A DNA stretch of 64,000 nt from Candidatus Obscuribacteraceae bacterium. Lineage in GTDB: Bacteria; Cyanobacteriota; Vampirovibrionia; Obscuribacterales; Obscuribacteraceae. Below are positions 9,152-18,824 of the stretch, one piece after another. The stretch is from positions 96,001 through 160,000 of the forward strand of contig JBGASG010000004.1 in the NCBI GenBank assembly GCA_044229845.1, read 5' to 3'. The translations under genes and the position numbers were made by a program. Position 1 is the first letter of the stretch; each line of letters begins with the position of its first letter. The notes under the pieces were generated by a model. It had not been told where the DNA came from. It worked only from the letters and a program-made list of their open reading frames with translations, and ran no database searches.

Positions 9152-9937
9152 TCAGTGCTCGGCCATGGCTCTCGTCATGTGAGCCATGAGTCCGCGCGGA
9201 ATCATCTTGCCACTGGTGACCGCAAACTTGTTCGCGATGCCGGTAATCACGATCGTCTGCCCGCGTTTAAATCCGCGATAGCCTTCATCGGCGACCGCGG
9301 CAGCCGACTGCACCGGACTCAACTTGAACAATTTGCTCCCGTCGACATCGGCACGCTTCTGGAAATGCGTATACGTCGGTCCCGGACACGTACAACTGAT
9401 CACAACACCTGTGCCTGCCACCTCATTTGCCAGCGCCTCCGACAGTGAGATGACATACGCCTTGGTGGCATAGTACACGGACATCATCGGACCAGGGAAG
9501 AAACCAGCTACAGAGGCGACGTTCAAGATGCCTCCGCGCTTGCGCTGCAACATGCCCGGCAGATACATGCGCGACAAGCGCGTCAGTGCCACCATGTTTA
9601 CTTCTAGAATGTCCATCTGCGTTTCCAAGTCGGCTTGCGCAAAGGCGGTCTTCATACCGAAACCCGCATTGTTGACCAGCACATCGACGGGCTGCGACAG
9701 TTTCTTTAAAGCATCGTCAATCTCGAGACACGATTCTTTCGGCTTCGACAGATCTGTCGCGACGATGTGGCAAGTCACCTGCGCGTTTACGGCATTCATT
9801 GCTTGCGCAGCCTGGCGCAATTCGTCCTCGCTGCGCGCCACAAGCACCAGGTCATAACCGTCGCGCGCGAAGCACTTCGCCAGTTCTAACCCGATGCCTT
9901 TGGACGCGCCTGTGATCAGCGCCAGTTGTGTCGTCAT
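9152..9937 (-). CDS. Short-chain dehydrogenase/reductase
   Basis: TGASKGIG, NNAG, YYATK. Confidence 0.95.
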   Translation of the reverse strand: MTTQLALITGASKGIGLELAKCFARDGYDLVLVARSEDELRQAAQAMNAVNAQVTCHIVATDLSKPKESCLEIDDALKKLSQPVDVLVNNAGFGMKTAFAQADLETQMDILEVNMVALTRLSRMYLPGMLQRKRGGILNVASVAGFFPGPMMSVYYATKAYVISLSEALANEVAGTGVVISCTCPGPTYTHFQKRADVDGSKLFKLSPVQSAAAVADEGYRGFKRGQTIVITGIANKFAVTSGKMIPRGLMAHMTRAMAEH

Positions 9938-9972
9938 GCCAGTACCATTAATGAACCCGCGTCATTATAGAG

Positions 9973-10911
9973 CTATGGCAACTTTCTGAGAAATGCATCG
10001 ATGCTTTCGTTGTAGAGCTTTTCGTTGACATCGATCATGTCATTGTGTCCCGCGCCGGGCACCATGACGACGGTCTTGGGCTGCGACGCTTCGGTGAACA
10101 GTCTGTGTGATTGCGCCGGCGGAACCAGATGGTCCTTATCGCCATAAAGAATCAACAGTGGCGGGTGCGCTCCTCTGACATAGCTGAGATTTTCATAGTC
10201 GGGTTGGGGGAACGCCCAGTCAGGATAGAGGCGCAGCAAAAGGGCACCATCCTGCGCCACATTGGGCAACGAAGTAAAGGGTGAATGCATAATGATGCCC
10301 GCGACCTTGCGCTGCTCGGCGACGCGGGATGAGATGCCGCCGCCGATAGATTCGCCGTACAGGACAATCTGTTGCGGCTGATAGCCGAGTTTGTCTTTCG
10401 TGTAGTCGTAAACAGCGAGCGCGTCATCTTTAAGTCCAGCTAGGCTGAGCGCACCTTCGCTGCGTCCATAACCGCGATAGTCATAGATGATTACGGAGAC
10501 GCCTGATTGCAGCAAGCTCTTGGCGATGAACAGGCGGTTGAGCAGATTGCCGGCATTGCCGTGATTGACTATGACTACTTTTGAAGAGCCCGGCGCCTTG
10601 AAATACCAGGCGTCTAATTTAGCACCGCCGACGGTGGCGATCTTCAGTTCTTGCTTCGGTATATTGATGATTGAAGGTATTTTGAACAGCGGGCTTTCAG
10701 CGCCGATTGGTCTGAGCGCCACCATCGTGTAGACGGGCGAGTGCAGCAGCAGCCCGGTCAAAAGATAACAACTGAGCGCAATAATCGCCAGATTGCGCAG
10801 TTGCAGGCGGAGCAGGCGCTTGCGAACTTGCGGGCTCGCGGAAGTAGCTGTGGTAGTTTCTTCACTCATCGGTGTGTCGATGCGGTCGGCGGCTGTCGTC
10901 CCCTCATTCAT
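9973..10911 (-). CDS. Alpha/beta hydrolase with N-terminal membrane anchor
   Basis: HGNAGN, DYRGYGRS, GESIGG, GDKD, GAGHND. Confidence 0.9.
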   Translation of the reverse strand: MNEGTTAADRIDTPMSEETTTATSASPQVRKRLLRLQLRNLAIIALSCYLLTGLLLHSPVYTMVALRPIGAESPLFKIPSIINIPKQELKIATVGGAKLDAWYFKAPGSSKVVIVNHGNAGNLLNRLFIAKSLLQSGVSVIIYDYRGYGRSEGALSLAGLKDDALAVYDYTKDKLGYQPQQIVLYGESIGGGISSRVAEQRKVAGIIMHSPFTSLPNVAQDGALLLRLYPDWAFPQPDYENLSYVRGAHPPLLILYGDKDHLVPPAQSHRLFTEASQPKTVVMVPGAGHNDMIDVNEKLYNESIDAFLRKLP

Positions 10912-11040
10912 CGTATGGTACCTCGTGGCAGTTGCTTTTATGAGCCTACGAGGCGGAAGGGCACACCCGTGGGCACTCTTTGACAGTTAATAAAGTGTAG
11001 AAGGGGAATAAGTGTTCGTAGAGTTGACGAGATTGCTGGG

Positions 11041-13005
11041 ATGACCGACGTAACGCCTGCCGCGATATCCGCGGCTACCGAGTCCAAAGCAAGTGCGCGC
11101 GAGGCAGAGCGCAAGAAGTTTCAGCAACATATCGAAAAGCTGGACGAGCTTTGCAAGACCCGCCCTAATGTCTATTTCGCCCGCCTGATCGCCCTGGCTG
11201 CCCTGGGCTATGCCTACATCTGGTTGGTTCTGGCGGCGCTGGCGTTTTTCTGTTTTCTCTTGTTGCTCCTGCTCATCAAATTGCCGTTTCTGGCACTAAA
11301 ACTTGGTCTGCCGCTTTTGATACTAATCGGCGTGATCATGCGTTCCTTCTGGATTAAGGGCACCCCGCCGCCGGAAGGTGTCTACCTGAAGAAACATGAG
11401 TATCCTCAGGTCTTCGAAATCGTTGAAGAAATCAGGCAAGCCATTAACGCACCGCGCGTCGATGCCATCGTTGTGATTCCCGACTTCAACGCAGCCGTCA
11501 TGCAGCGGGCACGCCTGGGACTTCTCGGCTGGCACAAAAATTATTTGCTCCTGGGGATGCCGCTCATGCAAGCGTTTCCGCTCGATCAATTGAAGGCAGT
11601 TCTGGCGCACGAAATGGGACACCTGGCGAAAAGTCACAGCGCTAATTGCGCCTGGATATACCGGGTGCGCGGAGTCTGGACGCAGCTCATGGACAACCTC
11701 TCCGGTGATCAGTCGGTCGCAACCGTGTTGTTCGGCAAATTCTTCGACTGGTACGCACCATATTTCGATGCTTCATCTTTTGCCCTCGCTCGCATGCAGG
11801 AGTACCACGCCGACGAGTGTGCGATACAGCTCGCCGGTCGCGACGCCAGCGCTGCCATGCTGATTGGCACGCACGTGAAGGGACAGTTTATCGAACGCAA
11901 GTACTGGCAAAATCTCTGGAACGACACAAAACATCTCAACACACCCTACGAACGCCCATTCACAGACATCACCGAAAAGATCAACGGCACAATGTCTCTG
12001 GAGCAAGCGAGCATCTGGCTCGAACTGGGTTTCAAGCAAAAGACCAACTACCTCAACACGCACCCCTGCCTGAAAGAGCGGTTGCGCGCCATACTCAAGG
12101 TCTCTGACGAAGAAGTGGTGGCTTGGGCGCAGTCCAATCTCGATGACATGCTCAAGGTTTCTGTGCCGGCATCCGAAAGTCTGTTCGGCGAGCGGCTACC
12201 CGCATTGCTGCGTGAGTTGGACAAAAACTGGTGCACACTGGTAGGACCAGCCTGGGAAGAGCAGCACAAGCAACTTGAAGAATACCGCAAGGAGATCAGC
12301 GACCTCGAAGAGAAGTGCGCGCAAGACGGCAAGCTCAGTGATGACGATCTCGTCACTCTTGCAGCCATGAAAGCGCGAGTCGATAGCTTCGAGGCAGCCA
12401 TGCCTCTGTTCAACCAGGCATTCGAGCAGGCTCCGGATAATGCGTTGCTGCAATACACCTATGGACAGTGGCTGGTGGATGAAGAGAACGCCGAAGGCGT
12501 GCAATACCTGGAGCGCGCAATGGAACTGGATGGCTCACTGGCATTGAATTGCTGCCAGGCGATTTATTCATTTCTACATGAGCGCGGTGAGAACGAGGCG
12601 GCTGATCGATTTCTGGATAAGGCACAGGAATGCGTTGAGAAATGGGTCTTGTCGCAGCAGGAACGCTCCAACGTCTTTGACGCCGACACCTACGAAGAGC
12701 ATGATGTAGAGCCGGAGAAGATGAGCAAGCTGACGGAGTATTTAGAAACCCAGGGAAAGGTGGCGCGGGCTTATTTCGTACGCAAGCACTGCAAAATATT
12801 TCCGGAGAAACCTTTATACGTGCTGGTGATCGACTTCAAATTCGGACCCGGCGGCAATTATCCGCCCGATGATCAAGTGCTTCAAGAGATCGCGCAAAGC
12901 GGCGCGGTCCCCGGCGAAACAATAATTGTCGCGCGCATCAAAGCACCAAGGAATCTGCTCAAGGTAATCACCGACATGAGCAGCGCACAGATCCTGTCGA
13001 GTTAA
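11041..13005 (+). CDS. M48-family Zn metalloprotease with C-terminal TPR-like region
   Basis: TM helices, FNAA, LAHEMGH, QEYHAD, THP..ERL. Confidence 0.9.
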   Translation: MTDVTPAAISAATESKASAREAERKKFQQHIEKLDELCKTRPNVYFARLIALAALGYAYIWLVLAALAFFCFLLLLLLIKLPFLALKLGLPLLILIGVIMRSFWIKGTPPPEGVYLKKHEYPQVFEIVEEIRQAINAPRVDAIVVIPDFNAAVMQRARLGLLGWHKNYLLLGMPLMQAFPLDQLKAVLAHEMGHLAKSHSANCAWIYRVRGVWTQLMDNLSGDQSVATVLFGKFFDWYAPYFDASSFALARMQEYHADECAIQLAGRDASAAMLIGTHVKGQFIERKYWQNLWNDTKHLNTPYERPFTDITEKINGTMSLEQASIWLELGFKQKTNYLNTHPCLKERLRAILKVSDEEVVAWAQSNLDDMLKVSVPASESLFGERLPALLRELDKNWCTLVGPAWEEQHKQLEEYRKEISDLEEKCAQDGKLSDDDLVTLAAMKARVDSFEAAMPLFNQAFEQAPDNALLQYTYGQWLVDEENAEGVQYLERAMELDGSLALNCCQAIYSFLHERGENEAADRFLDKAQECVEKWVLSQQERSNVFDADTYEEHDVEPEKMSKLTEYLETQGKVARAYFVRKHCKIFPEKPLYVLVIDFKFGPGGNYPPDDQVLQEIAQSGAVPGETIIVARIKAPRNLLKVITDMSSAQILSS

Positions 13006-13044
13006 GAGAGTATCTAGCATCCACCGCCAGTGGTATCAACTACT

Positions 13045-13668
13045 TCAATAAGGCTCGACTATCATATTGTTATCCTGAGCCGTTTTCAAAATCTCGACAC
13101 GAAGTGCATCGTCTTTGAGGGGGCAAACAGCCGTTGCAGAAAATGCTGCTGCGCAGCGCTCATAAAAGGCAAATGCATTCTCATCGTTGTGTGCATTGCC
13201 GAAGATAATTCCGTCGAGGTGCCCGTACACGAAAGTGTTCTCATAAAAGAATCGGGACCATGCTTGGCTGAATTGCCGGTTGCTGTCTTTGCAAACCGCC
13301 GATACAGTTCCGGCATTCATTGCACCCGTTCCTCGAAGATCAAGAAGGTTCAAGTCACGACTCACTGCTAAAGACGCGACCTCCACATTGCTCGTCTCAA
13401 CAATCTTCGCATCGCCAAAAATTTCAACGAGGCACCCGGAAAGAGCCTGAGCTGCATAAATGATGCCGCGGTCAGCGTCGTGCGCAGTTGTCGGAAAAGG
13501 TGCCCGATGGTGGTCGAACCGCGAGACTGGTCCGAAGTGGCGAAAACTTAGTGCTGTCGCACCGAACTTGGTCGGGTCAAATAGTCTGATCAGCTTCGAA
13601 CCCGCAGGCAGCACATAGAGAATTGGCTGAGGCGGATTCACAGGTGGTGGAAGAGTAATTTGAACCAA
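13045..13668 (-). CDS. RES-domain toxin (NAD+ phosphorylase-like)
   Basis: SRFDHH, IIYAA..LVEIF, LLDLRG, SQAWSR, DGIIF; lies directly downstream of the antitoxin; TTG start. Confidence 0.85.
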   Translation of the reverse strand: MVQITLPPPVNPPQPILYVLPAGSKLIRLFDPTKFGATALSFRHFGPVSRFDHHRAPFPTTAHDADRGIIYAAQALSGCLVEIFGDAKIVETSNVEVASLAVSRDLNLLDLRGTGAMNAGTVSAVCKDSNRQFSQAWSRFFYENTFVYGHLDGIIFGNAHNDENAFAFYERCAAAFSATAVCPLKDDALRVEILKTAQDNNMIVEPY

Positions 13669-13671
13669 ACC

Positions 13672-14280
13672 TTATGTCACCCCTACAGCCTGAGCTTCAT
13701 GGATGACTTCATCCAATTTTCCCTTTTTGAGGAGGTCCACCGGTCTCAAGCCCTCAAAAACCTTATTCGGGGAGGAAAGCCAACTGATTTTCGTGAACGT
13801 ATTGCAGCTCAGAGCTTTCATCACATCGGTTAGACCTTCTACAACACCGTTTGGACTCTGATGATCAAATTGCCAGTCAGGAAACTTCAATACGTTGTTA
13901 TCGAGGATGCCGAGCAACTGTCCTGTTCGGACGCGATCGTGCACGGTCTGGCGAGAGACACCCAACATGTCCGCGACAGTGGTGGCTGGGATTGCATGTG
14001 CCAAAAGACTCTTCCGATAGGCGAAAAACTTATACAGCGCGGCAAGGTCCAGCGCCTTTTGTTCATCGGGATCAGCCTGCCGCGCGCCTATCAAATTAGC
14101 GAATGAGGTGTTACCAGTGGAGGCGATTTTTTCTGGTGGCAAAACTCGTTTTTCGAGCCACTGCTCTCCTTCCGGTCCTAAGGTCTCTAACAGCTCATGC
14201 ACGAACGCACGCATCGCCGGCTCGTTTCTCAGGAACTCGAGTGCTCTTTGTTCAATTGGAGTCGGCTGCGTAGGAGACAT
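13672..14280 (-). CDS. Xre/MbcA/ParS-type antitoxin with HTH
   Basis: HTH VADMLGVSRQTVHDR, FPDWQF, C-terminal WLSSPN..EGLRPVDLL. Confidence 0.85.
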   Translation of the reverse strand: MSPTQPTPIEQRALEFLRNEPAMRAFVHELLETLGPEGEQWLEKRVLPPEKIASTGNTSFANLIGARQADPDEQKALDLAALYKFFAYRKSLLAHAIPATTVADMLGVSRQTVHDRVRTGQLLGILDNNVLKFPDWQFDHQSPNGVVEGLTDVMKALSCNTFTKISWLSSPNKVFEGLRPVDLLKKGKLDEVIHEAQAVGVT

Positions 14281-14311
14281 GCTGATTGACCTGCATAACT
14301 ACCCCATTCTC

Positions 14312-14361
14312 AGCCTATCATGACTCGTCCATCTCGTCAACTTGACCAACTTGACGAGATG
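14312..14361 (-). promoter_or_regulatory. sigma70 promoter of the TA operon overlapped by an inverted-repeat operator
   Basis: TTGACG-17-TAGGCT with extended TG; inverted repeat CATCTCGTCAA-N10-TTGACGAGATG at 14330-14361. Confidence 0.7.
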
Positions 14362-14502
14362 CAGCCCAGAAGATACCAACGATTTGGATTCGATGGCAAC
14401 GCTCTTGATGAGCAAAATCGGAACGCGCGCGTGCCGTATGGTTTTCGGGGAGACCATTAGTGTTGGGCGACTAACTTTGGATTCCGAATCAGAGAATGCC
14501 CG

Positions 14503-17500
14503 CTAGGGATTGGGGACTGGATCTTTGCGCGCGTTGCGCACAAGAACCAGGATCAGGTTAGCGGCGAATCCAAATCCGACCAGCATCGCGATCCAGAAGA
14601 CGCAAGCCAACGCCATCTGCTGCATGAACATCGGACCGTAATCCATGCGGAAGCTGCCTTCTGGCGCGCCATGCATAGTTATAGTGCCGGCTGTCGGCGC
14701 ATCCGCACTGGCGGTCGGACTGCTCGGTTCCTCATTGTTGAACCGGTCTGCGGCCGACTGACTCATCTGGTCGTACTTCAAGTTGCCATCTTTGAACTGC
14801 AGTGAACGATCGCCGTTGTAGGCTTTTTCAGTTTCCTTCTTGCTCTCCATCAGCTTATCGTCGGCGGTGGCTTTCGCAGCGCTCGTTTTCTGTCTATACA
14901 ACAGCTTGGCGTTGAGCGATTCACCAGATTCACGCTCATCACGAACAATGACGCCACCCGGTCCGATAGTGCCGTTGGTTGCACCTTGCAGTTCCGGAGC
15001 CTGTTGCTGCCCAGACAGTGGAGTGCTGTAGCTTGTGGTGTAATTTGATGAATTAGCTCCACCCGTTGTGATATCGGCTGTGCCGAAAACATCTCCGCCA
15101 CCACTACCGCCACCGCCGGCAACGACGGGTCCGCTAAAGTTGGGTACTGCCGGTACGCCCGCATCTTGTGCACCCCGCCAGGTGTTCGGCGCAAAGTTAA
15201 AGCGGTTTCCTGACTGCGGCAATGGTGTCACTCTCCCCTGAACGCGCAGGCGCATGTTTCCAGGGACAGGAGCGGGCGCCGCAGTCGGCATGCCGGCCAT
15301 CGGTTTGTTGGCGGCAGTCTGTCCACCGCGCCCAGCCCAATCGAGCAGTGCGTCATCTTGTGAAGAAGAGGATTCGCCCCCACCAGTGGTGGCACCAGCT
15401 TCGCCCTCGTCGACAGAGGCGTACCCCCCGCCGTACCCAGGAGCGATCTGCGAGGTCTGCGTGCGCTGAGCCAGCTCTTCCTGCCGCTCGGCAACCGGCG
15501 CGGGTGCAGCAAACTCGATGTCCGTAACCTGCTGCTTGCTTTGATTGACGTTGAGTCGATTCAAGTCGCTAGTGATTTTGCTAAATGCTTGATCGACGAA
15601 GGCCTGCAAGTTCAAATTTGCCAGCCACTGGTCCACAACGGGCAGCGGCGCAGTAATCTCGCCAGCCAACTGCGGAATGTCTTCAACGACGATGGCGCTG
15701 GTTGCCGGTGTGATCAGGTGATAGTGCAGTGCTATGGCACCAGCCCCTCGCTGCTCAGCACGATTTGGCGAACCGGAGTGCCGCAGCACACTGTCGTATG
15801 CCATCAGTTGAGCCAATTCCGGCAGAGTCTTCTGAGCGGTATCACCCTCGATGCGCGTGCCGAGGAACTCGTACTCATCGGCGGCATTGACCTTGCTGGT
15901 CCATGTTGAGTAGAGATGCTTCAGGTCACTGCTGATGGAACCGGTGGGCGCCACTGTGATCAAGCTCGGGCAGCTATCGGCAAACGCCAGAAACTCATTG
16001 GGACCGGGCGCCACCTGCAAGTCATATAGGGCAGGCTGCACGCCCGCTTGTTGCAGGAAATATTTGACCCCACTTGTGCCATCGTCGCCGGCGCTGGGCT
16101 GGGCACCGTGTATCCACAGCACTTGGGTCCCCGGCTTAGCCTTGCTGCGTGCCAGTGCGCGCACAACGATGCTGTCGTCTTGACCGCCTACGGGCTGGTA
16201 CTCTACGAGCGTCTGCATAGCCTGCTTGAACGCTGCATCCGCAGGTTTCGTGCCGGCTTTGCAAAGAAACTGGTCTCTGTCCGAAACCAACACTACTTCA
16301 GTGGGCACCGTGGGCGGTAGCGCCTTCAAACCTTCCACGATGTCAGCCATCCGCCCGCGCATCTGCAACGAGCCGTCGATGACTACGATCAACTGTGCAG
16401 GCGTTTGATGCTGCTCGGGGCGAATCAACCGTTTCACGACCGAGTTCATATCGGTCCAACTATCATTACTAAAGACGCTTTTGCACTCTGCATTACGTTG
16501 CAAGCGCAGCACCGCATCAAAACGAGACAGCTGCTTGTCCCCATTTTCTCCCACTGAGGTCAGCGCATGCGAGCCCTTGCCCGTGCTCAGTCCATCAATT
16601 TGCAGAGGCGCGTCAGCCTGGAAATTCTTCTCCGAGAAACTCGGCAACACCAGGGTCGCCTGGCTTTGATCAATTCCCAGTGTCGCCGGCGCAACGATCT
16701 TCAAAGACACACTGATGTTGCTGCCGTGACGTATCGGATAGCATTGGACGAGCACTTGATCGTTGCCGCAAACACTGACCAGCAATGGATTCTTCCTGGC
16801 TTTAACAGCTGCCGTATAGGTCTCGCGCGCTTCCTGGCGCTCTTGAATTATCGCTTCGTGGGCAACGCCATCAACAGTCATGACGGCTTTGGTTACTACA
16901 GCGCCCGGTGGCAAAAGAATTTTGCAGCGAGCTTCGCGATCATATGTAGATGAGTTTTGGAATCCGAATGTCCAGTCCATCACCGCCAGTAGTGCATCAG
17001 CATCTACCGTTCCAGTCAATTTCGATGAAGAAACGGCAAGCCCACGGGCGTTGCCGCTCACTGTTTCTCCAGCGATGTCGGCGTCATAATCGAAGTCGTC
17101 TTGAACACCAGCGTTGAGGTCGGCAGGATCATCGACCAGCGAAGTGTTTTTGATCGTAGCCCGTGCCGAGGCAGGAATCGGTACTGAGTTGAACGGCTTG
17201 CCGGTGACTTTATAGAAGATGCTGCGCGCTTCCGGCATCGAGACTGGATGTACGTGTTCGGCAATCGAGCCGAGAATATCGGTGGCGCGCCCCGAGCGTT
17301 CATAACACGCACGCAGCATTACTTCCTGGCTGCCGTATTTCCTCAGCCAGCTGATTGCCGCCTGCGACTTGGCGCTGTTGTTTGCGTCGGCGGCTTCGCC
17401 CAGATAGACGCGTGTCAGCGTGGATGGCAGTTCAATCGCCACCACCATAATCAAGATCACCAGGTGACCGATGTGTTCCATCTGGTGGGCATCGAAGAAT

Positions 17501-17991
17501 GTGCGGCGGTCGGCAGAGAGCGAACAGACCGATTTGCCTGCCAGCCATGAACACGGCAGGGACAGCAAAGGTGCAAAAGCCAACAGCCCGAAGCCGAGGA
17601 AAAGAATGCCCAGGCAAGCGGTTCCGGAGATGGGCAAAAACATCAATGTATAGAGGCACCCGATGCCCAACGCCATGCCATTGCCGAGCGCAATAAATAG
17701 ATAGAAAGCCGATAGGTCACGACGGCTGGCCAGCCACGTCATGAAATTGGTCAACGGAATGAGCAAGAACAGCAGTATATGAGCCGTTGAAGGAAACGGA
17801 TCGAAGAAGTGCTGGGCGCAGTAATGCGTTGTGGTCTCAAAAATCAGCGCCAACAGGGGCAGGATTACCCCGAAAAAGAAAAAGAAGATGCCGGGTTTGC
17901 GCGCCGGTCCATGTTTCTTGCCCTCAGCAGCAGCTACTGCCGGCAGACTGGCGGGGACTTGCTCGGATTGGGGCGCGTTTGCTGCCGTCAC
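14503..17991 (-). CDS. Membrane-anchored VIT-domain (vWA-like) protein
   Basis: N-terminal TM bundle; VIT-like EARCKILLPPGAVVT..A.I.ER.EARETY..RKNPLLV; VVIDGS; C-terminal TM. Confidence 0.75.
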   Translation of the reverse strand: MTAANAPQSEQVPASLPAVAAAEGKKHGPARKPGIFFFFFGVILPLLALIFETTTHYCAQHFFDPFPSTAHILLFLLIPLTNFMTWLASRRDLSAFYLFIALGNGMALGIGCLYTLMFLPISGTACLGILFLGFGLLAFAPLLSLPCSWLAGKSVCSLSADRRTFFDAHQMEHIGHLVILIMVVAIELPSTLTRVYLGEAADANNSAKSQAAISWLRKYGSQEVMLRACYERSGRATDILGSIAEHVHPVSMPEARSIFYKVTGKPFNSVPIPASARATIKNTSLVDDPADLNAGVQDDFDYDADIAGETVSGNARGLAVSSSKLTGTVDADALLAVMDWTFGFQNSSTYDREARCKILLPPGAVVTKAVMTVDGVAHEAIIQERQEARETYTAAVKARKNPLLVSVCGNDQVLVQCYPIRHGSNISVSLKIVAPATLGIDQSQATLVLPSFSEKNFQADAPLQIDGLSTGKGSHALTSVGENGDKQLSRFDAVLRLQRNAECKSVFSNDSWTDMNSVVKRLIRPEQHQTPAQLIVVIDGSLQMRGRMADIVEGLKALPPTVPTEVVLVSDRDQFLCKAGTKPADAAFKQAMQTLVEYQPVGGQDDSIVVRALARSKAKPGTQVLWIHGAQPSAGDDGTSGVKYFLQQAGVQPALYDLQVAPGPNEFLAFADSCPSLITVAPTGSISSDLKHLYSTWTSKVNAADEYEFLGTRIEGDTAQKTLPELAQLMAYDSVLRHSGSPNRAEQRGAGAIALHYHLITPATSAIVVEDIPQLAGEITAPLPVVDQWLANLNLQAFVDQAFSKITSDLNRLNVNQSKQQVTDIEFAAPAPVAERQEELAQRTQTSQIAPGYGGGYASVDEGEAGATTGGGESSSSQDDALLDWAGRGGQTAANKPMAGMPTAAPAPVPGNMRLRVQGRVTPLPQSGNRFNFAPNTWRGAQDAGVPAVPNFSGPVVAGGGGSGGGDVFGTADITTGGANSSNYTTSYSTPLSGQQQAPELQGATNGTIGPGGVIVRDERESGESLNAKLLYRQKTSAAKATADDKLMESKKETEKAYNGDRSLQFKDGNLKYDQMSQSAADRFNNEEPSSPTASADAPTAGTITMHGAPEGSFRMDYGPMFMQQMALACVFWIAMLVGFGFAANLILVLVRNARKDPVPNP

Positions 17992-18128
17992 AAAAGCTCT
18001 CCTGCTGGCAATTTCCGGTAACTGGGTACAACTGAGAGTGGCTGATTAGCAGCCTAACTGAAAATCGGCATGCGGATAAGCGGGTTTTTCAGGTGTTTCA
18101 TCCAATATTCCCCGTGTAGATTGGGCTT

Positions 18129-18737
18129 ATGTTTGAGATTGTCGGCGGCATTCTAGTTTTACTGCTCACCGTCCTGTTCTCCGGAATCAAGGCGGTGAAG
18201 GACTCCAGCGCGCTGGTCATCTATAGATGCGGCAAGATTTCGCGCTGCGTGGGTCCGGGACTGCAATTCGTCTTCCCGCTCATCGAGAAATCGGAGTCAT
18301 TCGACACCCGCATAGTCACACTGCCACTAGAGCATCTCTCAGAAATCACGATGGACAACTATCCGGTCAACATATCGGCCGTTTGTTTCTATCAGATCGC
18401 CGACCCAAAGCGGTGTGCCGCCAAGGTCCAGGACGTCGCAGCGGCAGTCCAGCAAGCTTGCGAAATATCGATGCGGACCATGGTCGGGCAACACGATGTG
18501 CGCCACCTCCTTTCGGACAAGGTGCGCATCAACTTCACGCTCAAGACAATTCTGGAGCGGCGTCTGCGTGAATTCGGAGTACGCGTTTCATCAATCGAAG
18601 TGAAGGAAGTGCAACTGACCACCGAAGGATGGAAAGCAATCGCCGCCGATCCTAAGGGTCAAAATGGCAACGGCATGAAACTGGCACAGGCCGCCGAAGA
18701 GTCTTTGCTCCGTATGGACCCGTTGCGCGACGACTAA
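18129..18737 (+). CDS. SPFH/band 7 (stomatin-like) protein
   Basis: N-terminal TM, GPGLQFVFPLIE, DTRIVT, ITMDN..V.ISAV, FGVRVSSIEVKEV. Confidence 0.9.
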   Translation: MFEIVGGILVLLLTVLFSGIKAVKDSSALVIYRCGKISRCVGPGLQFVFPLIEKSESFDTRIVTLPLEHLSEITMDNYPVNISAVCFYQIADPKRCAAKVQDVAAAVQQACEISMRTMVGQHDVRHLLSDKVRINFTLKTILERRLREFGVRVSSIEVKEVQLTTEGWKAIAADPKGQNGNGMKLAQAAEESLLRMDPLRDD

Positions 18738-18824
18738 GAAAGTACGTGAGTGCGTACCGGATGCGGCTGCGCATGCGTATGAATGCACATTACTATCTGG
18801 CGGTGCCAATGCCAAGATGGGGGC

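Noticed and set aside
9062..9448. 128-aa + strand ORF
   Set aside because: It runs through the palindromic repeats and is antisense to the SDR gene.
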